Shown piece after piece: positions 40,923 through 52,101 of a stretch of 64,000 nucleotides of DNA (positions are counted from its first letter, which is position 1; the number at the start of each line of letters is the position of its first letter). The stretch lies in assembly GCA_964016885.1 (NCBI GenBank), contig OZ024741.1, positions 8,432,001 to 8,496,000 on the forward strand. Direction: 5' to 3'. This stretch comes from Eledone cirrhosa. Lineage: Eukaryota. The translations under genes and the position numbers were made by a program. The notes beneath the pieces are model-generated. The model made no database searches. It saw only the letters and a list, made by a program, of their open reading frames with translations, and had not been told where the DNA came from.

Positions 40923-41020
40923 GACCACTATTAACACCACTACCACTAACACCACCACCACCACTATCACCACCATCACCACCACCTCTACCACAATTAC
41001 CACCACCATCACCACCACCT
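40360..41020. repeat. (TAC/CAC)n compound repeat
   Basis: Direct reading. Confidence 0.95.
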
Positions 41021-41458
41021 ATAGCCCCCACCACCATATATCACCCTGTCTTACTCTCCCTATCTCTCTTTACACCCCCTCTATATCACCCAGTCTTACT
41101 CTCCTCTCCTACCACTCCCTCCCTCCCCTCTATCTTATGCTCTCCTCTCCCCCTTCATTAGCTTCTGTCTTCCTATATACCTCCATCATACCCACCAGTC
41201 ACCCACCCTACCTCACCTTCCATGTAACTCCCCCTACATCAGTAAAACCTGGTTATAACCGACAGTATTTCCACCATCAACGAATCCTTTCCATTTGCAG
41301 TTTATTTATTCCTGAGTCACACTTTTTAACTCTGGATGGTAATGATCAGCTTATCGATCTATTGAGTGCTTTGTGATTGCCACAAACAACTCGATTAGTA
41401 CCTGCTGTATGGCAGCCACTACTTCGATTTATATCCAATTATATATATATATATATAT

Positions 41459-41815
41459 TGAGGGCAGCCGACCGACGTAGAAGCTGCTAAATAGTCGGTC
41501 GTCCTCTTGTCTCTGATTTTCAGCCCCATGGATTTTATCTGTTATATTCCTTTGTTATATTTTGAATACCTGATGATATCACCGAATTCATACTGAACCC
41601 GGTCATTGAAATGATCATAGTATAATAAACCTTTCAAGGAATTACACCAGTCCAGCCTCCTGTTATTGTATAATAATTAACTCCGTACTCGCACCACCAA
41701 CTACACTAACGAAGACGGGTGAGTTGCATTACGTCGAGTGCTCTCCATAATATTACATCGAGGTTGATCATTCGGAATGACCAGTTCTATCCAGTGCTGA
41801 ACGAACAAACCTAAA
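41459..41815 (+). mobile_element. ~360-bp non-coding HHR-carrying element (solo PLE terminal repeat / retrozyme-like), starting right after (TA)n
   Basis: Homologous over its length to the minus-strand copy at 42573-42933; 5' GC hairpin followed by an HHR. Confidence 0.7.
41566..41623 (+). ncRNA. Type I hammerhead ribozyme motif
   Basis: ATAC-CTGATGA-stem II-GAAA-TGATCA-TA-GTAT; palindromic stem III. Confidence 0.8.
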
Positions 41816-42541
41816 TATATAAATCAAAGAACAATTTTTATTCGCTGACAATGTTTCATCCATACCGTGGGACAGGAATCACCAGAGCTTTATAAACAAA
41901 AATATAGTGCTGAGTTTAAGCTCTACCAAGCTTAGTCACACGAACATTAGACATACAGTACAGGATAATAAGAGGGAGATTGGAAAGGATGGAGAGAATG
42001 CGTACTGGGGTTGTTATTCAACATTACAGCTACATGTGAGGATATAGGCAGATTTTCTCACAAGAGACGGAGGCACGTGAGGGCACAAAGAAACACATAA
42101 AGCATTTAAAGAAAGTTAAAAAATATAATAATAATAAAGTAAAAGAAAAATAATAATATAAAAAGATAAATAAATAATTAAAAATTAAAGCACACAAAAG
42201 CAACAGAGGAAGTTATGCATTGGTCTCTATATAGAGCAGGTGATTTAGTTTCCTATGACTTAAAGTTATAGAAATACTAAGACACCCCTAAGGTACCTTC
42301 AGAAAGTCCAAAGGGGATTTTATTCCTCCTCATAGTGTACATAATCAATATATAATGTTGGGTATATAATATTATATATATATATATATATATACAATAT
42401 GTTGAAAAGGTAACACACCAGAGAGATATATACAGTGCGCTATCAATAAAACGAGGAATAAACCACCAGTGTATAGAATCTATAACCTATGAGCATATTA
42501 TTTACAGGGAATGGCGAGGGCCTATGGCTCCATTAATTTAT

Positions 42542-42577
<36 letters not shown>

Positions 42578-42771
42578 TCAGGTTTGAGGTTCACCACTGT
42601 ATAGAGCTGGTCTATTCCGTATGGTCAATCGTAATGCAATAATATAGAGAGTACTCAACGTAAAGCAGTTCAACTGTCTTTGTTTTTGTAGTTGGTGGTG
42701 CTATTACGGAGTTAAATATTATAATGAAATGACAGGAGGCTGGATTTGTGTAAATCCTTGAAAGGTTTATT

Positions 42772-42829
42772 ATACTATGATCATTTCAATGACCGGGTTC
42801 CGTATGAATCCGGTGATATCATCAGGTAT
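42772..42829 (-). ncRNA. Type I hammerhead ribozyme motif
   Basis: Reverse complement of 43059-43116. Confidence 0.8.
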
Positions 42830-43058
42830 TCGAAATATAAAACGTGAATGTAATAGATAAAATCCATGGGGCTGAAAATCGAGGACCCGAGGGCGACCGC
42901 TATTCCGCTCCTTCAACCTCAGCCGGTCGCCCTAAGCTTTAGCCACGTCACTCGAGGGCGACCGGCTGAGGTTGAAGGAGAGGAATAGCGGTCGCCCTCG
43001 GGTCCTCGATTTTCAGCCCCATGGATTTTATCTATTACATTCACGTTTTATATTTCGA

Positions 43059-43116
43059 ATACCTGATGATATCACCGGATTCATACGGAACCCGGTCATT
43101 GAAATGATCATAGTAT
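43059..43116 (+). ncRNA. Type I hammerhead ribozyme motif
   Basis: ATAC-CTGATGA-TATCACCGGATTCATACGGAACCCGGTCATT-GAAA-TGATCA-TA-GTAT. Confidence 0.8.
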
Positions 43117-43164
43117 AATAAACCTTTCAAGGATTTACACAAATCCTGCCTCCTGTCATTTCAT

Positions 43165-43206
<42 letters not shown>

Positions 43207-43423
43207 TATTTTCCGTTGTGTTGTAATATAAATATTACACACAGTAGATTATCAGCTCACGTAGAGTTTGCTCGACGGTTCTAGTTGTAGTTCCAAAAGT
43301 AATCCGGAGAAAAATAGAAAGATTTGAATGGATACAGTTTAGTTGAAAGGAATTTATTGACACGTGTTTCTATAACAGTTACATAACCTAAAACAGCTAT
43401 CTACAAACTTTTAGTTATGCAGA

Positions 43424-43469
43424 CATTCAATATTTCAATGTTATTATTTACTGTCATTTCATCAGAATA
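43424..43469 (-). ncRNA. HHR-like motif in the PLE2 3' UTR (non-canonical cleavage site)
   Basis: TATT-CTGATGA-AATG...CATT-GAAA-TATTG-AATG. Confidence 0.45.
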
Positions 43470-44052
43470 ATATTACTGAGGACCTATTTAGTTTTTATAG
43501 AGAATATTAGGAGGGAGGGGTGAAGTTGTTAGAAGAATAGTTGAAGGAGTGGTTTTTCGATAGCAGTGAGAATTCTTGGTGGCAGTGAGTAATTAGATTC
43601 CCATCTGTTGTTTTGACATTTTTTATAGAATATATTATTGGTTATTTTTCTAAATCTATAGAAGGATTAGAGATAGTAAAGATATGCGTGGTTGGTTTTG
43701 TGTTTGCACTTAATTAACATTCAGACTTAAATTTTTCTTTCAAGTGTACGTACCCTTTCACCCACGCATTCACACACAAATATATTTGCACACCTCTACA
43801 AAATACATATACTCACAATTCACATATTCATACTTACATATATATACACATGCATACACATATATATACACACATGTATTCATGTACATACATACGCGCT
43901 CATGTGTATACATTTTCATACTCAACTTATCTTTATATACACACGTATAGACACACACATATATACATACATACTCTAGTCCATGTGTACACACATACAC
44001 ATACTTACACATCCATATACACATATATACATACATACATACACATATATAC

Positions 44053-44109
<57 letters not shown>

Positions 44110-44128
44110 TACATACACATACATATAC

Positions 44129-44159
<31 letters not shown>

Positions 44160-44428
44160 AGCACTTTAATACATGAATACACTTACATCTAACTATACAC
44201 ATCAAACATATATATATATTTACTTATTTATATACATTTTCACATATATATACATACTTATGGACGTTTTTAGACACATTCATTATCGCATATTTGTACC
44301 TATTCTCATCAGCATATCTTTTCATTATTAGTATGGTAATTTAAGGTTATTAATATATGTTGAGAAGAGATTGTTTTTATATTTTTCTAACTAGATTAAG
44401 GTTTATATAGTTGGGGGATGTCCCTCTT

Positions 44429-45973
44429 TTATGTAATATTCGGCTTGTAGTGGGAAAAAAGGGTTTTAGTTCTGTGACGGCAGAATAATGTTCGTTCAAT
44501 TCTGTTATTCAGCAGTTTCTTCTTGTGTGTGATTATGTAATAAATCTCAAGATTACACAATTTGCAGAAATTTTGGCTCCTGGAAAAGCTTTGGGTTTTA
44601 GCTAATTTTTCCCATTTTAGGGTAAACTTTTGGTCGCTATCCCTGAGCGTCCAAGCTTTTTCTGCTAAAGTTGTTACATTTCTTTGGCTCTGGTGTTTTA
44701 TTGAGTAAGAATGCCTATACAATCGAGATTTAAACGATGTTGCCGTTGATCCCACGTAATACCACTCGTTGCCTCCGGATTTAATGGTACACTTATAAAT
44801 AATATTTTTTTCCAGGCAGTTATTGCCGAGGGGGCAGTTGTCAGGATAGGTGCAGTTACAGTTGTGTACGTTGGGTTTTCTCTGGAGTAGTATTGCGGAC
44901 GAACTTAGGTGTGGTTTATTTATGTTCTGTAGTGTATTGTCTACTGTTTTTTTTGTGTTCTTTGTACTTAAGTTCTTAGTGTTTTCGTTTAACCTTCTAG
45001 TATTGATCTTTTTTATGTGTTGTTCAAGGTTTAACGCTGTAGAGTATGACAGTCTTATAGTGGTAGGGTTTAGGATTTTGTGGTATTTGTGTGATGTGGG
45101 AAAATGTCTTTTAATTATTTTAAAGAAGAGTACTGGTAAATTTGTACTAATGGAGCTATTGTATTCGGGGTTATACCATAAGTACTCTTTGCATCGCTTT
45201 CTATTAGTTTTGTTTGTTGGTTTACTGGTGTGCATACTATGGTAGTAAGTGTGGTTTGGTGTTGTGTTATTATATCTACCTATGTGGGATTTATTTTGGG
45301 TGTTTTGATTGTTCCCATCTATGTACTCTATTTTGTTGAGGTAGCCTGCTTTACTAAGGGCGTTATCGTAGTACTCGGCGTGTTCCTTAAATACTTGTAT
45401 GTTAGAAGATAGACCCGAGATTCTAAGGGAAATATTTTTAGGGATAGATTTAATTATAGAGATGGGGTGGTTAGACCCAACATTTACGTATTTGAGATTT
45501 TCATTCAATTTATGAAACGGTTTAATCAAACCAGAGTTTAAATTGAGTGTGACATCCAGGAAGTTAACTACTTTAAGGTTGTATTCATATGTTATAGTTA
45601 GTCCTATTTCGAGTAGTAGTTTTCTTATATCTTTGCGTAGTTTTTCTAGTTTTTGGTTATTAAGGTTTTTAGCTAGGAGGAGAACATCGTCGCGGTATAT
45701 TCCGCTGTGGAGATTGCTGAATTTTTCCTGGAGTCTAAAGGCGATAAATAACCCCACAATATCAGTTATTTCCGCCGAATCGTTAGAGCCCATTGTTATG
45801 TCAAAGTTAGAGGGTCTATCTTTACGTACCCAATAACTGTTCTCAAATTTGACTATAGTTTTCCTAGCTTCTAATATAATCTTAATTTCATCGTTTGTAA
45901 GGTCAGAGTTATCCTTAGCAAACTTAATGGCTCTATTCAAAGTTTCAGGTGATATCGATGAGTAATATCTCGA
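44429..45973 (-). CDS. PLE RT (C-terminal part) plus GIY-YIG endonuclease, open frame but 5'-truncated
   Basis: YYSSI, FDITMGSNDSAE, YRDD, VNFLDVTL, SNHP; EN region CNC..CPLGNNC..NIIYKC..YYVGST..FKSR..H, and CKLC..E..LLN....CRH as in Naiad-type PLEs. Confidence 0.9.
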   Translation of the reverse strand, partial: SRYYSSISPETLNRAIKFAKDNSDLTNDEIKIILEARKTIVKFENSYWVRKDRPSNFDITMGSNDSAEITDIVGLFIAFRLQEKFSNLHSGIYRDDVLLLAKNLNNQKLEKLRKDIRKLLLEIGLTITYEYNLKVVNFLDVTLNLNSGLIKPFHKLNENLKYVNVGSNHPISIIKSIPKNISLRISGLSSNIQVFKEHAEYYDNALSKAGYLNKIEYIDGNNQNTQNKSHIGRYNNTTPNHTYYHSMHTSKPTNKTNRKRCKEYLWYNPEYNSSISTNLPVLFFKIIKRHFPTSHKYHKILNPTTIRLSYSTALNLEQHIKKINTRRLNENTKNLSTKNTKKTVDNTLQNINKPHLSSSAILLQRKPNVHNCNCTYPDNCPLGNNCLEKNIIYKCTIKSGGNEWYYVGSTATSFKSRLYRHSYSIKHQSQRNVTTLAEKAWTLRDSDQKFTLKWEKLAKTQSFSRSQNFCKLCNLEIYYIITHKKKLLNNRIERTLFCRHRTKTLFSHYKPNIT

Positions 45974-46267
45974 TTGTATAGGAATTCTTACTCAATAAAA
46001 CACCAGAGCCAAAGAAATGTAACAACTTTAGCAGAAAAAGCTTGGACGCTCAGGGATAGCGACCAAAAGTTTACCCTAAAATGGGAAAAATTAGCTAAAA
46101 CCCAAACCTTTTCCAGGAGCCAAAATTTCTGCAAATTGTGTAATCTTGAGATTTATTACATAATCACACACAAGAAGAAACTGCTGAATAACAGAATTGA
46201 ACGAACATTATTCTGCCGTCACAGAACTAAAACCCTTTTTCCCCACTACAAGCCGAATATTACATAA
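45974..46267 (+). pseudogene. Inverted duplicate of the PLE2 endonuclease C-terminus
   Basis: Peptide nearly identical to the last ~97 aa of ORF 44429-45940. Confidence 0.92.
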
Positions 46268-46584
46268 AAGAGGGACATCCCCCAACTATATAAACCTTAA
46301 TCTAGTTAGAAAAATATAAAAACAATCTCTTCTCAACATATATTAATAACCTTAAATTACCATACTAATAATGAAAAGATATGCTGATGAGAATAAGTAC
46401 AAATATGCGATAATGAATGTGTCTAAAAACGTCCATAAGTATGTATATATATGTGAAAATGTATATAAATAAGTAAATATATATATATGTTTGATGTGTA
46501 TAGTTAGATGTAAGTGTATTCATGTATTAAAGTGCTTATATATATATATATATATGTATGTATGTGTATATGTATGTGTATGTA

Positions 46585-46673
<89 letters not shown>

Positions 46674-46694
46674 GTGTATATGTATGTGTATGTA

Positions 46695-46751
<57 letters not shown>

Positions 46752-47334
46752 GTATATATGTGTATGTATGTATGTATATATGTGTATATGGATGTGTAAG
46801 TATGTGTATGTGTGTACACATGGAGTAGAGTATGTATGTATATATGTGTGTGTCTATACGTGTGTATATAAAGATAAGTTGAGTATGAAAATGTATACAC
46901 ATGAGCGCGTATGTATGTACATGAATACATGTGTGTATATATATGTGTATGCATGTGTATATATATGTAAGTATGAATATGTGAATTGTGAGTATATGTA
47001 TTTTGTAGAGGTGTGCAAATATATTTGTGTGTGAATGCGTGGGTGAAAGGGTACGTACACTTGAAAGAAAAATTTAAGTCTGAATGTTAATTAAGTGCAA
47101 ACACAAAACCAACCACGCATATCTTTACTATCTCTAATCCTTCTATAGATTTAGAAAAATAACCAATAATATATTCTATAAAAAATGTCAAAACAACAGA
47201 TGGGAATCTAATTACTCACTGCCACCAAGAATTCTCACTGCTATCGAAAAACCACTCCTTCAACTATTCTTCTAACAACTTCACCCCTCCCTCCTAATAT
47301 TCTCTATAAAAACTAAATAGGTCCTCAGTAATAT

Positions 47335-47380
47335 TATTCTGATGAAATGACAGTAAATAATAACATTGAAATATTGAATG
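47335..47380 (+). ncRNA. HHR-like motif (inverted copy of 43424-43469)
   Basis: CTGATGA/GAAA boxes with a 4-bp stem II; weak stems I and III. Confidence 0.45.
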
Positions 47381-47484
47381 TCTGCATAACTAAAAGTTTG
47401 TAGATAGCTGTTTTAGGTTATGTAACTGTTATAGAAACACGTGTCAATAAATTCCTTTCAACTAAACTGTATCCATTCAAATCT

Positions 47485-47546
<62 letters not shown>

Positions 47547-47548
47547 CG

Positions 47549-47706
47549 AACGAATTGTGGTAAGGAACCAGATGGACCATAACGCACCAGAGTATTCAAT
47601 ACTTAGGGTAGTAGAGTGGGTAATAGGAAAAGTATGACCCCGACGGCAGAGCTCAAGAAATAGGCGTCGAAACGGCTTGAGCTCTGCTGTCGGGGTCATA
47701 CTTTTT

Positions 47707-47712
<6 letters not shown>
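47549..47712. mobile_element. Short foldback element in (TA)n; second copy at 51914-52106
   Basis: Shared GAATTGTGGTAAGGAACCAGATGG...; inverted arms TAGGAAAAGTATGACCCCGACGGCAGAGCTCAAG / CTTGAGCTCTGCTGTCGGGGTCATACTTTTTCCTA. Confidence 0.7.
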
Positions 47713-47756
<44 letters not shown>

Positions 47757-47757
<1 letters not shown>

Positions 47758-48139
47758 TGAGTATATGTTGGTTGTATACCGACACCTCAGTATGCAGATT
47801 GGAGCACTCGGTGAAGTACGCAGGCTGGTTTGGTTACTCCAGAGTAATGTAAAATAAAATAAGTAAGGCAAATATAAAAAAATTTGGCTTCGTTTATCAT
47901 AAATTATAAATTAACTGCTATATATATTTCGGAGGACTAACAACACACCCACGAGCTGGACATACCGATGTATTGGCAGAGTAAAACACACTTCAACAAC
48001 ATGTACCTTTTTTTCCACACCATTTCGGACTGCCTGAAGTGGTCACAGCCAATAATAGCTGTCACTGAAATATATATAGCAGAGAATTTATAATTTATAA
48101 TGAACGAGGCCAAATTTTACATATTTGACTTACTTATTT

Positions 48140-48146
<7 letters not shown>
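47757..48146. mobile_element. HHR-carrying element homologous to 35324-35613, rearranged as an inverted 3' part (47757-47930) plus a direct part (47931-48146)
   Basis: GAGGACTAACAACACACCC.. shared directly; TTGAGTATATGTTGGTTG.. is the reverse complement of the 35590-35613 end. Confidence 0.75.
48030..48082 (+). ncRNA. Degenerate type I HHR (core CTGAAGT)
   Basis: CTGC/GCAG stem I, same stem II as 35418, GAAA-TATATA-TA. Confidence 0.6.
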
Positions 48147-48195
<49 letters not shown>

Positions 48196-48345
48196 ACGAG
48201 ATAGACAACATATCTATGTTTTTCCCGCTTTCACCTCGGGCAGTTCACGTACGGGTCATTTTTCGGCCTTTTGGATCTGTTCTAGCTGGCAGATAACAAT
48301 ATATTTTATCGTTCCTGGGTCTTTAGCCCTAGGAAAGGAAAATGC

Positions 48346-48424
48346 TTCTCTGATGAACTTTGATTTTCCATTGGAAATCCATTGGATTTCTGGTGTTTTA
48401 CAAAGCGAAACCGATCGGTAAGGG
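48346..48424 (+). ncRNA. Type I hammerhead ribozyme motif with long stem II
   Basis: TTCT-CTGATGA-ACTTTG...GAAATCC(ATT)GGATTTC...CAAAGC-GAAA-CCGATCGG-TA-AGGG; palindromic stem III, GUA triplet. Confidence 0.8.
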
Positions 48425-48505
48425 CCAAAAGAATAGGTAAATATTTAAATTATATTTTTTAATTTATTTTAAAAAATTGGTTGAATTTTGCTTGTTCTGC
48501 TTATC

Positions 48506-48544
<39 letters not shown>

Positions 48545-48640
48545 ATACTTGGGGAGGGTCATGTTTGTGTAATAATATTGCCAGAATTAATAACAGAAGA
48601 TGGCGTAAGCATACAATGCAACGGGAGGAAACATAATAGC

Positions 48641-48682
48641 ACCACTGACGATGTTGCAGATGTGCAACGAAAGAACTTTGTT
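48641..48682 (+). ncRNA. Type I HHR motif (PLE3 terminal repeat)
   Basis: ACCA-CTGACGA-T-GTTGCA(GATG)TGCAAC-GAAA-GAAC-TT-TGTT; stem I weak. Confidence 0.6.
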
Positions 48683-49140
48683 AGATTATATATAAGTGTT
48701 TGTGTCTATATTGTATCTGTATTTCTTTTTTACCGTCGGTCAGTCAATGGTAACATTGAGGACCGAATAAATTAAATTAACCGATATAAAAGACACAGAA
48801 GCGAAAACCAACCAAACAGTGAGTGTGTTCTGTTATTAATTCTGGCAATATTATTACACAAATATGACCCTCCCCAAGTATAACCATATATATATATATA
48901 GTTTTGCGAGGTTTTTGATATGAAATCGTGTGTCGAAACAAATATTGTTATACTTGGGGAGGGTCATATTGTGTAATATTACCAGAATTAATAACAGAAC
49001 ACACTCACTGTTTGGTTGGTTTTCGCTTCTGTGACTTTTATATCGGTTAATTTAATTTATTTGGTCCTCAATGTTACCATTGACTGACCAACGGTCAAAA
49101 ATACATATATATTATAGACACAAACACATATATATAGTCT

Positions 49141-49182
49141 AACAAAGTTCTTTCGTTGCACATCTGCAACTTCGTCAGTGGT
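49141..49182 (-). ncRNA. Type I HHR motif (PLE3 3' UTR)
   Basis: Reverse complement of the same motif. Confidence 0.6.
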
Positions 49183-49439
49183 GCTATTATGTTTCCTACT
49201 GTTGTATTGTATGCCTACGCCATCTTTAGTTAGTCTGTTTATTTTATTTTTTTTTTGTCTTCTCTGCGCATGCGTTTGCGTGTGTGTATAGTGTTTTGTT
49301 TGAAGTGTGTTCGTGTTTGGGTGACTGTGTATTGGTTAATGTATTCTATCTTAGTTTACTAGTGTGTGTTTATATGCGTTTGTTGTTATTGTGCTTCTGT
49401 ATGTATTTATTTATTTATTTATTTATTTATACTTCTCTT

Positions 49440-50770
49440 AGGTTAGTATTGTTTGTTTGGGTGTTGTTGTTATTCCATTCATTTTTTCTGTTTAGCCTTG
49501 GCCTTCTAAGTTCTATTTCGCTGGCCTCTCTGATTTGCCTATCTGCTGGGTCATTTCTATGTTTAGATATTATTCTAATTTAAATGTTGTCTATGTTACC
49601 GTTGTGTTGTTGTCTGGCATGTTCGTTAGTACTGAACCGTTTTTTCGTCCTTTTAATTCCCCCCAGTGTTGGTCTATCCTTTCACCTATGCTACGAGCTG
49701 TCTCGCCTATGTATGTTGTTGTCATGTTTCTGCAAGTACCCTCTGTACATCTTATGCTATAGACTACGTTTCTAGTTTTACAGTTTATCCGGGGGTTTAC
49801 CTTACATATGATACATTTCCTATTAGTAGAGTGGGTTTTCTTAAAAGGGTAGGTTTTGCTGATCAGGGATTTTATGGTGGTTCCTGGCTTTTCTACCACC
49901 TTAATCTTTAAGTGGGTCTTTTTGAGGGCCTTTCTACACTGGTTAGCTAATTTCCCTCCACGGGTAGCGTCCACAAACATAACACTCTGGTATCTCAGGT
50001 TGTCGTACCATGAGGTGGCTTTCCCTATCTTATGTTTAGTCCTATCTAAGCTATTCCATGATTTGCTGCTGTATAATGGGCAAATTCCTTTCATGTCCAG
50101 TTCTATGAGGGTCTTATACTTTTCCATGGCTCCTTCGTATAGTCTGACTCTGTCTCTTTGGTTTTAGCCAGAGAACTGCATGCGGTTGATAAAGTGTTGG
50201 ATCTGTCTTTCCATTTCTGTTGGGTCGCACATGCGGGACACGTTCTTCATCACTCGTACCAAGTCTGCGATCAGAATATTAAACTTAGCACTACTGGACA
50301 TTGCTGAGTTTTTGAGTATCAGGTATTTGGTGGCCATGGGTTTAGCGTAGTCTGAGTGGAGAATTTGGGCTCTCTCGTCTATAGTGTTAATCCAGAGTTC
50401 CGTGTCTAATACAGGTAGTCTATTGTTAGGGTATTTGAAAGGGTAGTCGATAGTTACAGTTATACTCTGGTGTATCGAATTAGCTATCTGCTGGATGCTT
50501 TCCATTGTGCTACGTTCTAAATCAAACTTGTTAGTACTCTCTTGTGGGGATGTCCTTATTACTATATTGATGTCGTCTACGTAACGAGAGTATATGATGA
50601 GGTCTATGGAGCCCTCATCAAGGAGATCGTTGAGTCTCCTTTCCCACCATACCATAAAAAGTTTGGCAACGTCACCAGCTATGCTGACGCCAATGGCTGC
50701 TCCCTCATTTTGGGTGTAGATCTTCTCGTTGAATTTGAATATGTGGCCTTTTAGGGTAGTTTTGATATTG
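49440..50770 (-). pseudogene. PLE RT C-terminal part plus GIY-YIG endonuclease, with stops and a frameshift
   Basis: IYTQNEGAAIG, YSRYVDD, LPVLD, KPM, FSG*; EN C..C..NCKTRNVVYSIRC...YIGETARSIGER..QH, RQIREA, LN.KNEW. Confidence 0.9.
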
Positions 50771-51588
50771 CATGTGCGACCATTTTTCTTACCTGATCAT
50801 TGTTTTGGGGGGTCCGTATAGCTTTCCCTGGAGGGAAATTAGCTAACCAGTGTAGAAAGGCCCACTTAAAGATTAAAGTGGTAGAAAAGTCAGGAACCAC
50901 CATAAAATTCATGATCAGCAAAACCTACCCTCTTAAGAAAACCCACTGTACTAATAGGAAATGTGTTATACGTAAAGTAAACCCCCGGATAAACTGTAAA
51001 ACTAGAAACGTAGTCTATAGCATATGATGTACAGAGGGTACTTGCAGAAACATGACAACAACATACATAGGTGAGACAGCTCGTAGCATAGGTGAAAGGA
51101 TAGACCAACACTGGGGGGAACTAAAAGGACGAAAAAACGGTTCAGTACTATACGAACACGCCAGATAACAACACGACGGTAACATAGACAACATAGAAAT
51201 TAGAATAATATCTAAACATAGAAATGACCCAGCAGATAGGCAAATCAGAGAGGCCAGAGAAATAGAACTTAGAAGGCCAAGGCTAAACATAAAAAATGAA
51301 TGGAATAACAACAACACCCAAACAAACAATACTGACCTAAGAGAAGTATAAATAAATAAATAAATACATACACAAGCACAATAACAACAAACACATATAA
51401 ACACACACTAGTAAACTAAGATAGAATACAATAACCAATACACAGTCACCCAAACACGAACACACATCAAACAAACACTATACACACACGCAAATGCATG
51501 CGCAAAGAAGACAAAAAAAAAAAAATAAATAAACAGACTAAATAAAGATCGCGTAGGCATACAATACAACAGGGGGAAACATAAAAGC

Positions 51589-51630
51589 ACCACTGACGAT
51601 GTTGCAGATGTGCAACGAAAGAACTTTGTT
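51589..51630 (+). ncRNA. Type I HHR motif (inverted PLE3 terminal repeat)
   Basis: Same motif as 48641-48682. Confidence 0.6.
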
Positions 51631-51913
51631 AGACTATATATATGTGTTTGTGTCTATAATATATATGTATTTTTGACCGTTGGTCAGTCAATGGTAACAT
51701 TGAGGACCGAATAAATTAAATTAACCGATATAAAAGACACAGAAGCGAAAACCAACCAAACAGTGAGTGTGTTCTGTTATTAATTCTGGCAATATTATTA
51801 CACAAATATGACCCTCCCAAAGTATAACAATATTTGTTTCGACACACGATTTCATATCAAAAACCTCACAAAACTAATTCATCGCCGTTATATATATATA
51901 TATATATATAATA

Positions 51914-52101
51914 AAGGAATTGTGGTAAGGAACCAGATGGACCATAATGCACCAGAGTACTCAATACTTAGAGTAGTAGAGTGGGAAATAGGAAAAAGTA
52001 TGACCCCGACGGCAGAGCTCAAGCCGTTTCGACGGCTATTTCTGTAGTCCAGAAATAGCCGTCGAAACGGCTTGAGCTCTGCCGTCGGGGTCATACTGTT
52101 T

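Larger units (their letters stand above)
42573..43167. mobile_element. Foldback HHR element: minus-strand copy (42573-42933) plus inverted partial copy (42955-43167), flanked by (TA)n
   Basis: ~210-bp near-perfect inverted arms around the spacer AAGCTTTAGCCACGTCACTCG. Confidence 0.8.
43314..47490 (-). mobile_element. Penelope-like element 2 (Naiad-like), 5'-truncated, with ~1.4-1.5 kb inverted duplication of its 3' end (43314-44729 vs 45967-47490)
   Basis: Near-identical inverted arms including the EN C-terminus and 3' UTR microsatellites. Confidence 0.9.
48538..51874 (-). mobile_element. Penelope-like element 3 (Nematis-like), 5'-truncated; inverted 3' duplication (48901-49960 vs 50829-51874) plus an extra terminal-repeat piece at 48538-48885
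   Basis: Inverted arms visible directly; three copies of the HHR-bearing terminal repeat. Confidence 0.85.

Noticed and set aside
44429-45973. Selenocysteine recoding, reported for some Naiad PLEs
   Set aside because: No in-frame TGA in the preserved ORF; all Cys motifs use Cys codons
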